64,000 nt of DNA from Azolla caroliniana (taxonomy: Eukaryota; Plantae; Polypodiophyta): the NCBI GenBank assembly GCA_043228905.1, contig JBHGNT010000012.1:2790001-2854000 (forward strand), given 5' to 3'. The notes below the pieces were generated by a model, which saw only the letters and a program-made list of their open reading frames with translations, did not search any database and was not told the origin of the DNA. The position numbers and the translations under genes were made by a program. This document shows positions 27,240 to 39,400 of this stretch, one piece after another. How positions within the stretch are numbered: the first letter of the stretch is position 1; every line of letters starts with the position of its first letter.

Positions 27240-28289
27240 CTTTTTTTTCCCAAAAAAAACTCCTTCCATTAGTTATAAAATTTTACAAATGAGATAATTA
27301 TGTACAAATCCCTATAGGGATGTGATAGTTCCATCTTATGTGGATGCTCACTGACTCAAGAAAGGGAGAGGAAGACCATTGTTGGATGAAGGCTATTCGT
27401 TGTCTTTCAACTCCATCGGAGTCGCCCTTAAGGCTATCATATTGGCTCTTTAGAGTGGCTACAATTTCACTCTTCATATCTCTTGCAGTAACTTTGTTGG
27501 ATGTGCGGTTTGGTTGGAGAAGACTCGCCTACATCGTTGTTTCCATAGAATCCAAAGAGTTATTGGGCTGACCAATTTCAACACCTCTTGAGATTTGTCA
27601 TTAAGAGGAGTGGAGTGGACATTGCCGTTGGAGGAGAAAAAGACCTCTTGTGCTTTTATCACCAAAGTCATCCCCTCCTCCTGATGCTCGTACCTACCAA
27701 TTGCAGTCTCTCATGATAGCCAACATATATTTCCTCACTTGATTGAGCCTTGCACCTGGTATAATTGCAACAAGCGACCAACCCCTCGCCATATTCGATG
27801 GGACGTTGGGCAGTCCCGCAGAGTGTGTCGTATTGATTCTACTACATGTGGGCACTCTACATAATTAGGAGAGCTAAGGTTCCCACATTGCCATGCTCCC
27901 ACCGGTAGGGACTTATGTATTAATAGCCATTGGAACGTGGTAATTCGCCTCGCGTCTTGTTGTTTCCACATTTTCTGCCAAAACTTGGTGATTATTGTAG
28001 GAGGAACTTGAAATGTGTGCCAGACCTTCGCAGCAGCCGGCTCTCGGGCGGTTTGAGCAGCTAGAATGTGGCGACCCAATCTAGTTGTGAATTGGAAGAT
28101 AGGGATGGGTTTGCTTCGTTGCCCCGCGTAGGGATCACGCCATGTCCATTGCAAAGGGTCCCAACTGACCTTACGTAGCCATGTGTTTTCATGAGTACAT
28201 ATGTGCCAATCAGGTTGTACTTTGATCGGATTAGGATCTACAATCCATTTATGACCAGTATACGCGAGTACTCGAATTGCGTTATTCTG
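27240..28289 (-). mobile_element. LINE 3' fragment (same clade as 1-1348), cut at its 5' side by an LTR
   Basis: ORF 27735-28421 reads IRVLAYTGHKWIVDP...WDPLQWTWRD...FQWLLIHKSLPVG...ESIRHTLRDC, and ORF 27474-27671 reads LWILWKQRC. An A-rich tail lies at about 27240-27248. Confidence 0.85.
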
Positions 28290-29438
28290 TGTTGGTGTCT
28301 CAGTGTCTCGCAATTCAGAGCCTTCAAGCTTGTCTGGTAAAACCCGTTTTGATCTTTTGGTTATGTTTACTATCAATAAAGTTATAATATAAACACTAAT
28401 GTTACAAACTCCTATAAACATTAGTGTGCCCTTGTGCCATCCTTGAGCCGCAAGAATCTAAATTAAGGTTACACAAGATTAAGGAGAAAATAAGGAAGAA
28501 AGGGTGGTAGACTATCGACCACCCCTTAGTGAAGGTGAGAGACAAATTTGAGTCCGTTGTTAGTGTCCCATACTGTTAGAGCTAAATCCTAATGTAAGCA
28601 TGAGATAAGGATATAAAAGATAGATAGATATAAAGGAGAGAGAGAGAGAGAGAGAAAGAAGGGTGACGATCCACCCGACCACCCCCGAGCGAAGGGATCG
28701 AGACAGACTCGAGCCACGATCAACGTCCCATACCACTGCCATGGCATCGAGTCATACCTGGTACTGGCACGCTCGTTATAAGAGTTTGATCCACCACAAG
28801 GGCAGAGTCTTGATGTAGTCAAGAGATGATCAAATGAGGGTAGCTAGGCCTCATATTTATAGCCAGACCTAAGACCCCAAGGCAAGTTCACACTTGGCCT
28901 TAATGGGTTGTCTCAATCCCAATGATTAAAAGTAATCCTTCCCTTCTTTACACTCTCGTTTAACCCACACACTTTATCCACGTGTATAAAATACTATGGT
29001 ACAATCTTACCATGGGATATTATATGATCATGCCAGTAACATACTCCCCCTCTTTAAAACATTGCACTCTTGCAATGAAAAGTTAGGGAAATTAGTTTTA
29101 AGAGTATTTTCTCGTTCCCATGTAGCATATTGTATAGACTTATCCATCCATTTAATTTTAAATTCGCGGATTATTTTATAACACAAAATTTTCGTTTTAA
29201 CATCGACAATTCTCTTTGGTACATGTGGTTTACAAGATAATTCTTCAAAATTAACTAGAGTTTTAGTTGTAACTGTATTGTCACCAGAACCAAGAAGTTC
29301 TTTTAGACGACTTACATGAAAAACTAGATGGATTTCAACACCATCAAGAAGAGTGAGAAGATAGGCTGATGAACCAATGTGTTTGAGGACTGTAAAAGGT
29401 CCACAAAACCGTAGGGATAACTTAACACACTTACTCGT
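28290..29438 (-). mobile_element. Chromovirus-type Gypsy 3' end: integrase C-terminus with chromodomain, PPT and 3' LTR (about 28290-29041)
   Basis: ORF 29028-29444 reads KLSLRFCGPF...AYLL...VFHVSRLK (GPF/GPY) and FKIKW...ATWE (chromodomain). PPT AAAGAGGGGGAGTA is followed by TGTTAC at 29041; the probable end is ...CCAACA at 28290. Confidence 0.8.
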
Positions 29439-29730
29439 TGTCATGATATGGCAAGATTCGAACCCATGACCTTATGTTACATGGGTCGAGCAAAGGATAT
29501 TATTTTCATTTAAGTTTTACTATAGAAAATTGATGTATATTCCAAATTTCTCTGGAACATTCTAGAAACTTCAGGAGTACTCTTGAGAACACTATAAAAG
29601 GAGGCACAAGGCATTATTTCGAACCAAATCGGTTCAACGCTAGTCTTAAGCCTCCTAGCCATCCTTGTATATTCTTTTCACATAATATATCGTTGTCATC
29701 ATCATTCTCTCTCTCTCTCTCTCTCTCTCT
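29439..29730. mobile_element. Probable partial LTR with a heat-shock element and TATA box
   Basis: Begins TGTCATGA exactly where the integrase ORF is cut. Contains GAAcaTTCtaGAAacTTC (29555-29572) and CTATAAAAGG (about 29592). No partner LTR is visible. Confidence 0.5.
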
Positions 29731-31530
29731 TAAGAATCTCAAAAGCCATGTCTGCTTCTTTAGACCAAACGAACAATTGTCCCTTCATGGTAAGCTATGT
29801 GAGAGGCAGAACAAGCTTTGAGTAATCCTGTATAAACTTGCGATAGAAATTGGCAAAGCCTAAAAAGCATTGCACATCTCGCAACGAACGTGGAGTCTCC
29901 CACTCTACTAACGTTTTAACCTTAGCTGGATCCATGGAGATGCCTTCCGAGGAGATGACATAGCCCAGAAATTCCACTTGGTTGCACTTGAAACTACATT
30001 TTTCCATCTTTGCATAAAGACCATGTTCTCGAAGTCATTTTAGTACTAACAATACATGAGAATCATGCTATTCTTGGATCTTCAAGTAAACTAGTAGATC
30101 ATCCAAATAGATGATCAAACAAACATCCAAGAGATCGCGGAATATATCATTCGCCATGTGCTGGAAGACTGTTGGCGCATTAGTGAGTCTAAATGGCATG
30201 ATCAGATACTTGAAGTGCCCATATCTGGTGCGAAACGCGGTTTTCCATTCATCTCCTAGTCGTATCCATACGAGGTTATATGCTCCTCATAAGTCGATCT
30301 TTGTGAAGAACTTTGCACCATTGATTCGTTATAAAAGATTTGAGATAAGGGGAAGTGCATACCTATTCTTGATGGTGACCTTATTCAAGCCACGGTAATC
30401 TACGACGAGACGTAGTGATCCATTCTTTTTCTTGACGAAGAAAAGGGTGCGCCGCCTGGAGATTTCAAATGTCGAATGAAACCATTTGTCAAATTCTCCT
30501 CTATATAGGCTCGAAGGACTTCTAGCTCGGTTGGTGACAAGTAACTGTAGATTGGTTCCTATGGTGGCTCTTTTCCCGGTTGTAAATCAATGGGGCAATG
30601 ATACGGTCAATGGCGTATTGGCTTGTACTTTATTGAACACATCGGCATAATGACGATACTTCTCTGGAAGTTGAATGGTGGACTCCTCTTTAGTGGTGTT
30701 GGAGGGTTTTACTGATACTACGAAGAGAAACATTTCTTCCTTGCGTCCTTCCTCATGCAACTGATGTGGCGAAATGGTTGCAATCTTATGAGTAGATCCT
30801 TGGGTTTGTCGATACCGGATTTCTCTTGTTCTCCAATCTATGTCTGGGTTACGTAATTCGAGCCATGGGAATCCCAAAACAATGGGATGTTCTGGGATAC
30901 TAATTATATTAAATGATACTACACATGCTAAGTTATCTAGGGCAATATTAACTGGCTTTGACTCTTCTATGATATTTCTGGAAGCAATGGGACCACCATC
31001 AATGACTACTACAAAGGCTGGACACAAGAGTTTTCTTAGGGATATTTGATGATCTTGGGCAAAATTCCTATCCATGAAGCAAGAATTAGCTCCGGAATCT
31101 AGGAGTGGTAAGACATGTATTGGAGGGGTACTTTTAGTACTAACGGTTACTTGAGCTAAGAACACATTGCTGACTTGCTTAGAGGGAATGGAACCACTAA
31201 TGGGCTGCACAGATCTAGGGTTGTCCAACCAAACGACTCCTATTTTGGCTGGACTTAGTCGTATAACTCTTCTTCTAACTGACTAAGGACATCAAATTTA
31301 TTCGATAGATTTGGGCTATTAGTACTATTAGGACTATAAGATATTCCTACTGAAATAGACTCGGGTTCAGTACAATTAGAACTAGCAACTATTTGGTTTA
31401 CCTGTCTTCTTGGCCTATGGGGACAGTTCATTGCAATATGCCCTGGTCCACCACAATAAAGACATAGTGGATTTGCTCGACATCACTGCTTTTCCTCTTT
31501 CAATAATGGTCCACGATGACGTGTAGTGTC
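29730..31530 (-). mobile_element. Gypsy (Tcn1-like chromovirus) internal fragment: gag zinc knuckle, protease, RT, start of RNase H; degenerate
   Basis: LCLYCGGPGHIAMNCP (about 31420-31470), LLDSGANSCF (ORF 30587-31228), [14 protein letters not shown] and YLDDLLV (30.1-30.3 kb), and VQCFLGFANFYRKFI (ORF 29795-30007). Confidence 0.85.
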
Positions 31531-31748
31531 AACTTTTTTACAATATCGTATGGAAAAATCAAAGTCTAGGATGAGATCTGCCCATCATGCCTTATGACCT
31601 TTAAGGTTTTGTTGGTCACAAAAATATTTTAAGGACTCGTGGTCCGTCGTTACAACAAAACGATTTTCATAAAGATAATGGCGCCATGACTTTAGCGCAT
31701 GAATAATTGCAACTAATTCCTTTTCTTGCACGGTATACCGACACTGAG

Positions 31749-34700
31749 TGTGGGATATGGTGTTCGAATATGTGCGGAAGTATGTATGAGGACCTGTTGG
31801 TTATTCATAACAAACAACATATACATATATGTGGCAAGAAGATTAGATAGACAAGTAGTTAAGCTTCAATGGTCGATCTTCTGGACTTTGAGCTTCTTCT
31901 CGGTTACAAGCTCCCGGATATGATGATACCACACCTCAATATGCTTTTTCTTTGCATGATAGACAAGATTATTGATGAGGTGTATTGCGCTATGTGAGTC
32001 ACAGTAGACGGTCATCATTGGATTGTCGATTCGATTTGTTGCTGAGAAGTTGGTTGTTAGTCGGTGCAACCAAATTGCTTCCTTCGCTGCCTCTGATGCT
32101 GCTACGTACTCAGCCTCTGTGGTCGACATGGCCGTGCACTCTTGCAGCTTCAACCTCCATGATATGGCGCCGCCGCCATAGGTGAAAATATAGCATGATG
32201 TCGACTTCCGATTGTTAGAATTTTCGGTGTAGTCAGAGTTAGTGTAGCCTTCGACTTTGATCGGATTTGTCGATCCAAAAGTCAACTGTACATCTTCAGT
32301 TCCTCTTAGGTACCTAAAGATGTGCTTGACGGCCTCCCAATGCTTCCGTCCTGGGTTTGACATGTACCGGCTGACGACCCCTACGACATAGGCAAGATTA
32401 GGTCGGGTCGCCACCATCACATACATGATACTTCTTACTGTCGATGCATAGGGTATCTTTCCATTAAGATCTTTCTCCTTATCAGTTGAAGGAGAGCCTT
32501 TGTCCGATAGTCGGATTGACATTGAAAGCGGGGTTAGTGTTAGCTTCGTGTTCTCCATGTTGAAGCGCGTCAACACCTTTCGAATATAATCGGTCTGGGA
32601 GAGTCAGAGAGTCTTTGTCGTTCGATTTCGTTGTATCCTCATGCTCAATATGTGTCGGGCTTGTCATAGTTCCTTCATCGCAAACTTGTCATGAAGGCCC
32701 CACTTTAATTTTTTGATCTCTGCTCGATTGCTCCTTGCAATGAGCATGTCGTCAACGTATAGGATTAGATAGATCCAGGACTCGTTAGCTAGTTGCCGAG
32801 TATATAAACACGGTTTAGAGTCAGATCGACGGTATGCAAGCTGCCTGATGTAGGAGTTGAACTTCTGGTACCACATCCTCAGCGCTTGTTTTAGGCCATA
32901 GAGGCTTTTCTTTAGTTGACATACAAGGTGACCTTCCTCCCCCGTCGCCGTGAGACATGTAGATGTCCTTTTCCAGATCTCCGAGTAGGAACGCCATCTT
33001 TACGTCCATTTTCTTGAGCTCTAGGTCTTCTATCACCACGACCCCCAGGAGGAGCCGAAGGGTGGTCATCTTGACTACTCGTGAGAATATCTCGTTGTAG
33101 TAGACCCCGTGTTCTTGTTGAATCCCTTCGCAACAAGCCGAGCTTTGTATTTGGGTTTCTCTGAATTGGATACATATTTGTACCTGAAAATCCATTTTCA
33201 GGGTAAAGGCTTTCTCCCGGATGGTAGTTCGATCAACTCCCATGTTCGATTCTGATGAATCGAGTCCATCTCGTATTGGATGGTTTGTAGCCATGTGTCG
33301 GCATCCGGTGCGGCTATAGCTTATTGTAAGTACTTGGTTTGCCTACATCCGTGTAGTTGATGTAGTCGAGGTTCAGTTGATAAAACTCTGTAGGCCTTCT
33401 TACTTGTCTAGATCTCTTGCATGTTGATGTTATTGGTTCGAACTCTTCAGGCGGCTCGACCGGCCAATCAGTATTACTTGAACTGTCTCCAGGAGTCCTA
33501 TTAGATGACTCACCCTTGTAGTGGGATTTGGGTGATGTCATGGCATCCTCCCATTCTTCGGAATCAATTGACTTAGAGGTAGAAGACTTAGCCGACTTGG
33601 TTATGTTTTTCCCTTTGGCCTTGTGTGTGTCGGTCGGGTCGACTCCGTCGTTTCCGACTCACATATTCTTGACTTTTCCCTTTTTGTCTCTTGTCAATTT
33701 GGCTTTGTCTTCGAGTTTGACTAGTGGACCTCCTATTGATTCAAAGTTGGCATGTGTATTGACGGCTTGATTGAGATCGATTATTTGTCGAATCTCTGAT
33801 TCGGCCTGGTGGGTTGGTCTTTCTAAGACGTCTCTGTCGATTTTGAAAGAGACATTTTTGCCCACTATTTTCTACTGGTTCCGCTCAGAGAGAATGGAGT
33901 CTTCATTGAAGAGTACGTCACTGCTCCGGATCAATTTCCGGTTCTCTGGGTCCTATAGCCTGCAGCCGAATTCCCCATTGGTTCCATAACTGAGAAATAT
34001 GGATTATGTTGTGGGGCGCCAACTTGGTCCTTTTCTCCCTGGGGATGAATGCATAGTCTTTGCATCCGACTGATCATCCACGTCGACTCGCTCCGAGTCA
34101 TTCTGTACCTGTCTTCGGCTAACATGCCGATGGAGACAATACTCCTTTTCAGTGCAGGTACATGCTAGACTTGGTGCAGGACAATTGTGTTGCCATTCGA
34201 CAATTGAATTGGTACTTTGCCTACTCCGACGATTTTGCATTCCTACCCATTGCCTAGTTGGACTGTGCCACTGGCGTCGGTCGAATAGTTCGAGAACCAT
34301 TCAATGTTGGGGGTCACATGAAATGTGGCACCAGAGTCCAGTAACCACGTGTGTGCGTCTTGCACATGGTAGAGGACTTCTCTGATCATCGAGTCCTCTA
34401 AGGAGAGGATTTCTCCTGATTGGGTGTCAACAACATTGACTTGGTTGCCGACTGGAGCGTGGTTCAAGTCGGATCTTCCTCGATTCCCCTCGGATCGCCG
34501 ACCACTCTCTTTTCTCTCGATCGACCAGCAGTCGAAAACATTGTGACCGGCTTTTTTGCAATGGGTATAGAATTCGGTTGATCGACTGGTTCTCTATTTC
34601 GACTGATGTCGGTCTCCCCTCATTCTTGACCGATTGGTATTCTGATTGGTTATGTCGGCTTGTTCTTTCGATTGACTCGGTCGAGTGGTGGACTTCTGCC

Positions 34701-35683
34701 GATTCGTCAATAATGAGTCCCATCGATTTTCGCCAAATATCCTTGGTGAGGACTTGGCTGATCTTCTCATCTAGATTTAGGATCGGATGACTATTGGAAA
34801 ATGTCATGCAAAATACCTCCCAACTCGCCGGCAAGCTCGATAGGAGGGCAAGGGCTTTCACTTCTTCATTGAAGTTGATCCCTTGTGATGAGAGTTTTGA
34901 CAACACCCGGTTGAAGGTGTTGATGTGGGGGGTTGCAGGATTCGACTCTCTCATCTTCATATTGAATAGTTGTCGAATGAATATGAGTTTCGACGAGGAC
35001 TTCTTTTCGTATACCGCTTGCAACTTCTCCCATAACGAGAAAGCTGTTGTCCCTTGGCCATGCTGAAGTAGACATTTTCGGCCAGATGCATTCGTATGGT
35101 GGAGCATGCGATTTCGTCTACTGATCTCTAGTCTTCGCTGTTATTGAAGCGGGTTTTTCGCTGTGCTGGATGGCTTCGACCTGTCTTTGAATGATCAACA
35201 CTTTTTGCATCATCTCTTTCCATAGGGCAAAATTTTGCCGTCAAACTTTCAGATCTCAACTCCTATTTTGGATGTTGAAGCCATGTTCTTAATGGAAGTA
35301 AGATTCACTAACTTGGTCTTTTCTCTTTCAGCTTTTTTGTTTCTTGTTGTCGCCGAATAGGAAGTTGCTTTGATACCAGTTGTGGGATATGGTGTTCGAA
35401 TATGTGCGGAAGTATGTATGAGGACTTGTCGGTTATGGACAACAACAACATACATAGATATGTGGCAAGAACAGTAGATAGACAAGTAGTTAAGCTTCAT
35501 GGTGATTCTCATTATTCTTTGTTTTCTCTCTCTCTGAGACACTCGATACAAGAATCATCGAAAAGAAAAGAAAAACCCCACTATTACAATGTTAGGTTAT
35601 TGCTTATATACTAAGCCCTAACTATTTGGACGTGTTCACACACTAGGAAACAAAGTGGAAGGAGTCGGCCTTTTATGCCAACA
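31749..35683 (-). mobile_element. Copia LTR retrotransposon A, internally deleted, TSD CTGAG
   Basis: 5' LTR 35381-35683; PBS TGGTATCAAAGC (tRNA-Met) at about 35367-35378; 3' LTR remnant 31749-31868; CTGAG at 31744-31748 and 35684-35688. Coding remnants: gag (34427-35107), WLLDSGATFH protease, YVDDML RT, and CDSHSAI...KHIEV RNase H. Confidence 0.92.
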
Positions 35684-36418
35684 CTGAGCAAAATCGAGTT
35701 TCTTAATCTCAAATGCTATTGGTTTACCATTTTGATATAGGATGACACCTATGGCATAATCACGTGCGTCGGTTTCAACCTGAAAAGGTTTTGAAGGATC
35801 TGGTAAAAGAAGTGAAGGAGCCTTGCACACCAGGTCCTTGAGTTCCTGAAAGGCGAGGTCTAGTGTAGCATTCCATACAATAGGTTTTGTAGACTTACGC
35901 GTTTGAGCTTTCAGAAGATTAGTAAACGACATCGTCAATTGGGAATAATTGTGGAGAGATTTTTGCAAAAAACCCGACGAAACCAAGGAATGATCGAACT
36001 TCTCGAATATTCTAAAGAGTGGGCCAAAGTTTGACTTTCTCAATGCGAGAAGGATCCATTTCAACACCTCGTTCGGTTATGAGATGTCTAAGATAAGTAA
36101 TTTATGGCTTGAAGATCTCGTATTTTGAAAACTTTGTGTAGAATTGCTTGTCGCGCAATGTTTGTAAAACAAAGTAGACATGCTTAGCATCTTCTTGTAA
36201 TGTACGGCTATAAACTAGAATATCATCCAAGAAAATAATGATAAAATTTCCAAGTTGTTCTCGGACAATGTCTTTCATTTCTTGTTGAAATGTGGCCAGA
36301 GCATTAGTCAAACCAAAAGGCACAACCAAAAACTCATAATGGCCATAGCGTTTACGAAATGCCATTTTAGGAACATCTTCCTCACTTATACGAATTTGAT
36401 GGTGGCCCGTACGAAGAT

Positions 36419-39400
36419 TGTTGAGAAGCAAGCTCAACAAAGGTATTGTTAGGAAACAGGTCCCTCCGGATGGGAAGTGAGAAGAACAGTGTTGATGAGC
36501 AAACTAGGCCGAGGCCGAATCCGGATGTGGAGTACCTGGCAACGGAAGACCCGGTGAGAACCGGATGACGAGTACCCGGCAAGGAAGACCCGGTGAGAAC
36601 CGGATGTTGTAGGCCCGGTGAGAACCTCTCATCGGATGGAAGGGACATATATGTAAATATGTTCCTGAGAGCCCACTGGGGCTATATTTGTAAATAGCCC
36701 GAAAGTCATATTAGTATAAATATGACCTAGGGCAAACTTAATAGTTATGATGATAGAGTTGTTGGTGTAACCTCTGTACAATGCGTAAGAGAGAGAGAGA
36801 GAGAGAGAGAGTGACATACAAAGATTGTGTCTCTGTTGTAACCGCCGCGAGGCGAAGATTGTGAGCAAGAGGTCGTTGCCTCTATGCTCCCTGTTGTATT
36901 ACTTTACATAGTGATAGTTTGGAGTCTGTGGACTCCCATGGTTTTTCCCTCTCAGGGTTTTCCACATTAATATCCTGTGTATTCTCTTTTGTTTGTTCTT
37001 GCACTTACCTCCATTCCCATTTCTTTTGTGTTCGATTGTATCAAGTGATTTACCCTTCGGTTGTTGCCGGAGATTATTCCGCGTATTACACGATAGGTGT
37101 GTGATGCTTATTGAGAAATAAGCTATAGTAGCTATTAACTAATTAGCTACTAGTGGACATAAAGGTGAAACAACTATTTAGCTACAGACAACTAATTAGC
37201 TATTGACAGCTAATTAGCTGCATATATAAGTCACTTATAACTTAGGTAAAAAGTAAGTGTAGTAAGTAGAGAAGTGTAGAAGAGTGAGAGTAGTGTAGAG
37301 AGTTGTAAGAACAGAAAACAGAAAATTGACGAGAGCAAGTTGAGCTCTGCGTGAAATGGGATAGAAGCTTTTTGGTTTGCTACACAGAGGTAAGTCTCCT
37401 TCCCCTTCCCCTTTCTGTCTTAAGCACTAAATGATCCACCACATCACGATCCGCTGTGCACATAGAAGAGCCGTAGTGCCTTCGTAACATGGTATTAGAG
37501 CTGAGTTGCTCATAAAGAAGATTGGAACAATACAGATCTGAGAAAGGTTGTTTCTTTGTTTGCTGATCTGAATCAGAGAGTTGTCTGTGAAGTTAATCAT
37601 AAAAAAAAAAGCCCTAGTTGAAAGAGATATGGCTGCTGAAAATGCAAGCCAAATAGTCACAGAAAAGCTAGATAAAAACAATTTCCCGGCGTGGAAATTC
37701 AGAATGACAAATTTCCTGATGGGAAAAGGATACTGGGATTATATTGAAGGAGACCTAGAAGAGGCTCCAGAGATCCCAGAAGAAAATACAACTGCTGCAC
37801 AAATTAAAGCATTTAAGGAATGGAATCAAGGGGCAAGAAAGGTATTGCATTGGCTCTCACTTAGCATCTCAGATTCGATGCTTGGACACATACAGGATGC
37901 TATGCTTCCAAAAGAAGCTTGGGATAGTTTAGTAAAACTGTTTGCAGTGAACACAAAGGCTAGAAAGCTTCAATTGAAGAAGACTGAGCTAAATACCTTG
38001 GAAAAAGGTAAGATGTCAGTGAATGAGTATGCTCTAAAAATAAAGAGCATATGTGAATCACTTACTTCTATCAATGTGAAGGTAGAAGATGATGATAAGG
38101 TGGAAATATGCTTAAGAGGTTTAGGACCTCAATATAAAAGCTTCAAAACATCTATTCTGACAAGGGATAACATCCCAAGTTTCCAGATCTGGTTTCAATG
38201 CTTGTAGTGGAAGAAAGAAATAAGATGGAAGATGTAAACAAAGGAAACTCTGAGACTGAGGGGCAAGCCCTCTACAATAGTGCTGGAGGAGGCTGAGGAA
38301 GAGGCCATGGAATATTTGGTTTAGCTAGAACCAACAACAGTAGTTATCAAGTAAGAGGACAACATGTTACAAGTGGAAGAAACAACATCAAAGGCAGGGG
38401 GAGCAATCGAGAAGAGTAAAGCAAACTTATTTGAATGATGATGGCTGTTGGTAATGTGGAAAACCAGGCCATACATAGGCTGAGTGCTATAAAAAGCAAA
38501 ATGATGAAAAAAGAGGGAAGAGACAACAAAATAACTATGCTTCAACTAGTGAAGACTGTGATAAAGATGGTGCATTTATGATGCAACATGAAACAACAAC
38601 AGTGGCTGAATGTTCACAAAGATGCAATGAAGAGTTTATGTGGTATGTAGATTCTGGGGCATCTAATCATATGACAGGACATGCAAACTGGTTTGAAAGT
38701 ATAAGAGAACCAAAGATTCCTGGTTATGTACAGACAAGTGATAATACTACTCACCAAATAGAGCATGTTGGAGATATCCCATTGTGGGAAGAAAAAGGAA
38801 AAACAAAGTATATGCTGAATGTGATGCATGTTCCAAACCCTGCAAAAAATCTAATTTCTGTTGGACAGATAGTGGAGCAAGGAATGCAAGTTAAGTTTAA
38901 GCAAAGTGGATGCTTTATAAAGAAACATGGAAAGCTCATTGCAAAAGGAAAACGACAAGGGAGAATGTTTGTTTTGGATGTGGATATGCCTAGGAAGATT
39001 ACAACCATGTTTGCAGGAGAAATGAATGTAATCTTAGATGTGGAAATGTGGCATAAAAGAATTGGACACATAAGCAAGCAAACGTTGAAAAATAAGTTTA
39101 GGAAAGATGCAGTGGCTGGACTGCCTAAGTTGAAAGATTGTGAGATGAGCAAAATATGTGAAGCATGTCAATATGGAAAGCAAAACAAGTTGCCTTTCCC
39201 TCATGAAAGACATGTAAGCAAAAATTTGTTGGATTTGGTACATACTGATGTATGGGGACCAACAAAAAATGCATCAATTAGTGGATGTAAGTTTTATGTA
39301 ACTTTCATTGATGATTGCTCAAGGAAAACATGGGTTTACTTCATGAAAGAAAAAAGTGAAGTATTTGATTGTTTCCGTAAGTTTAAATGTATGGTGGAAA

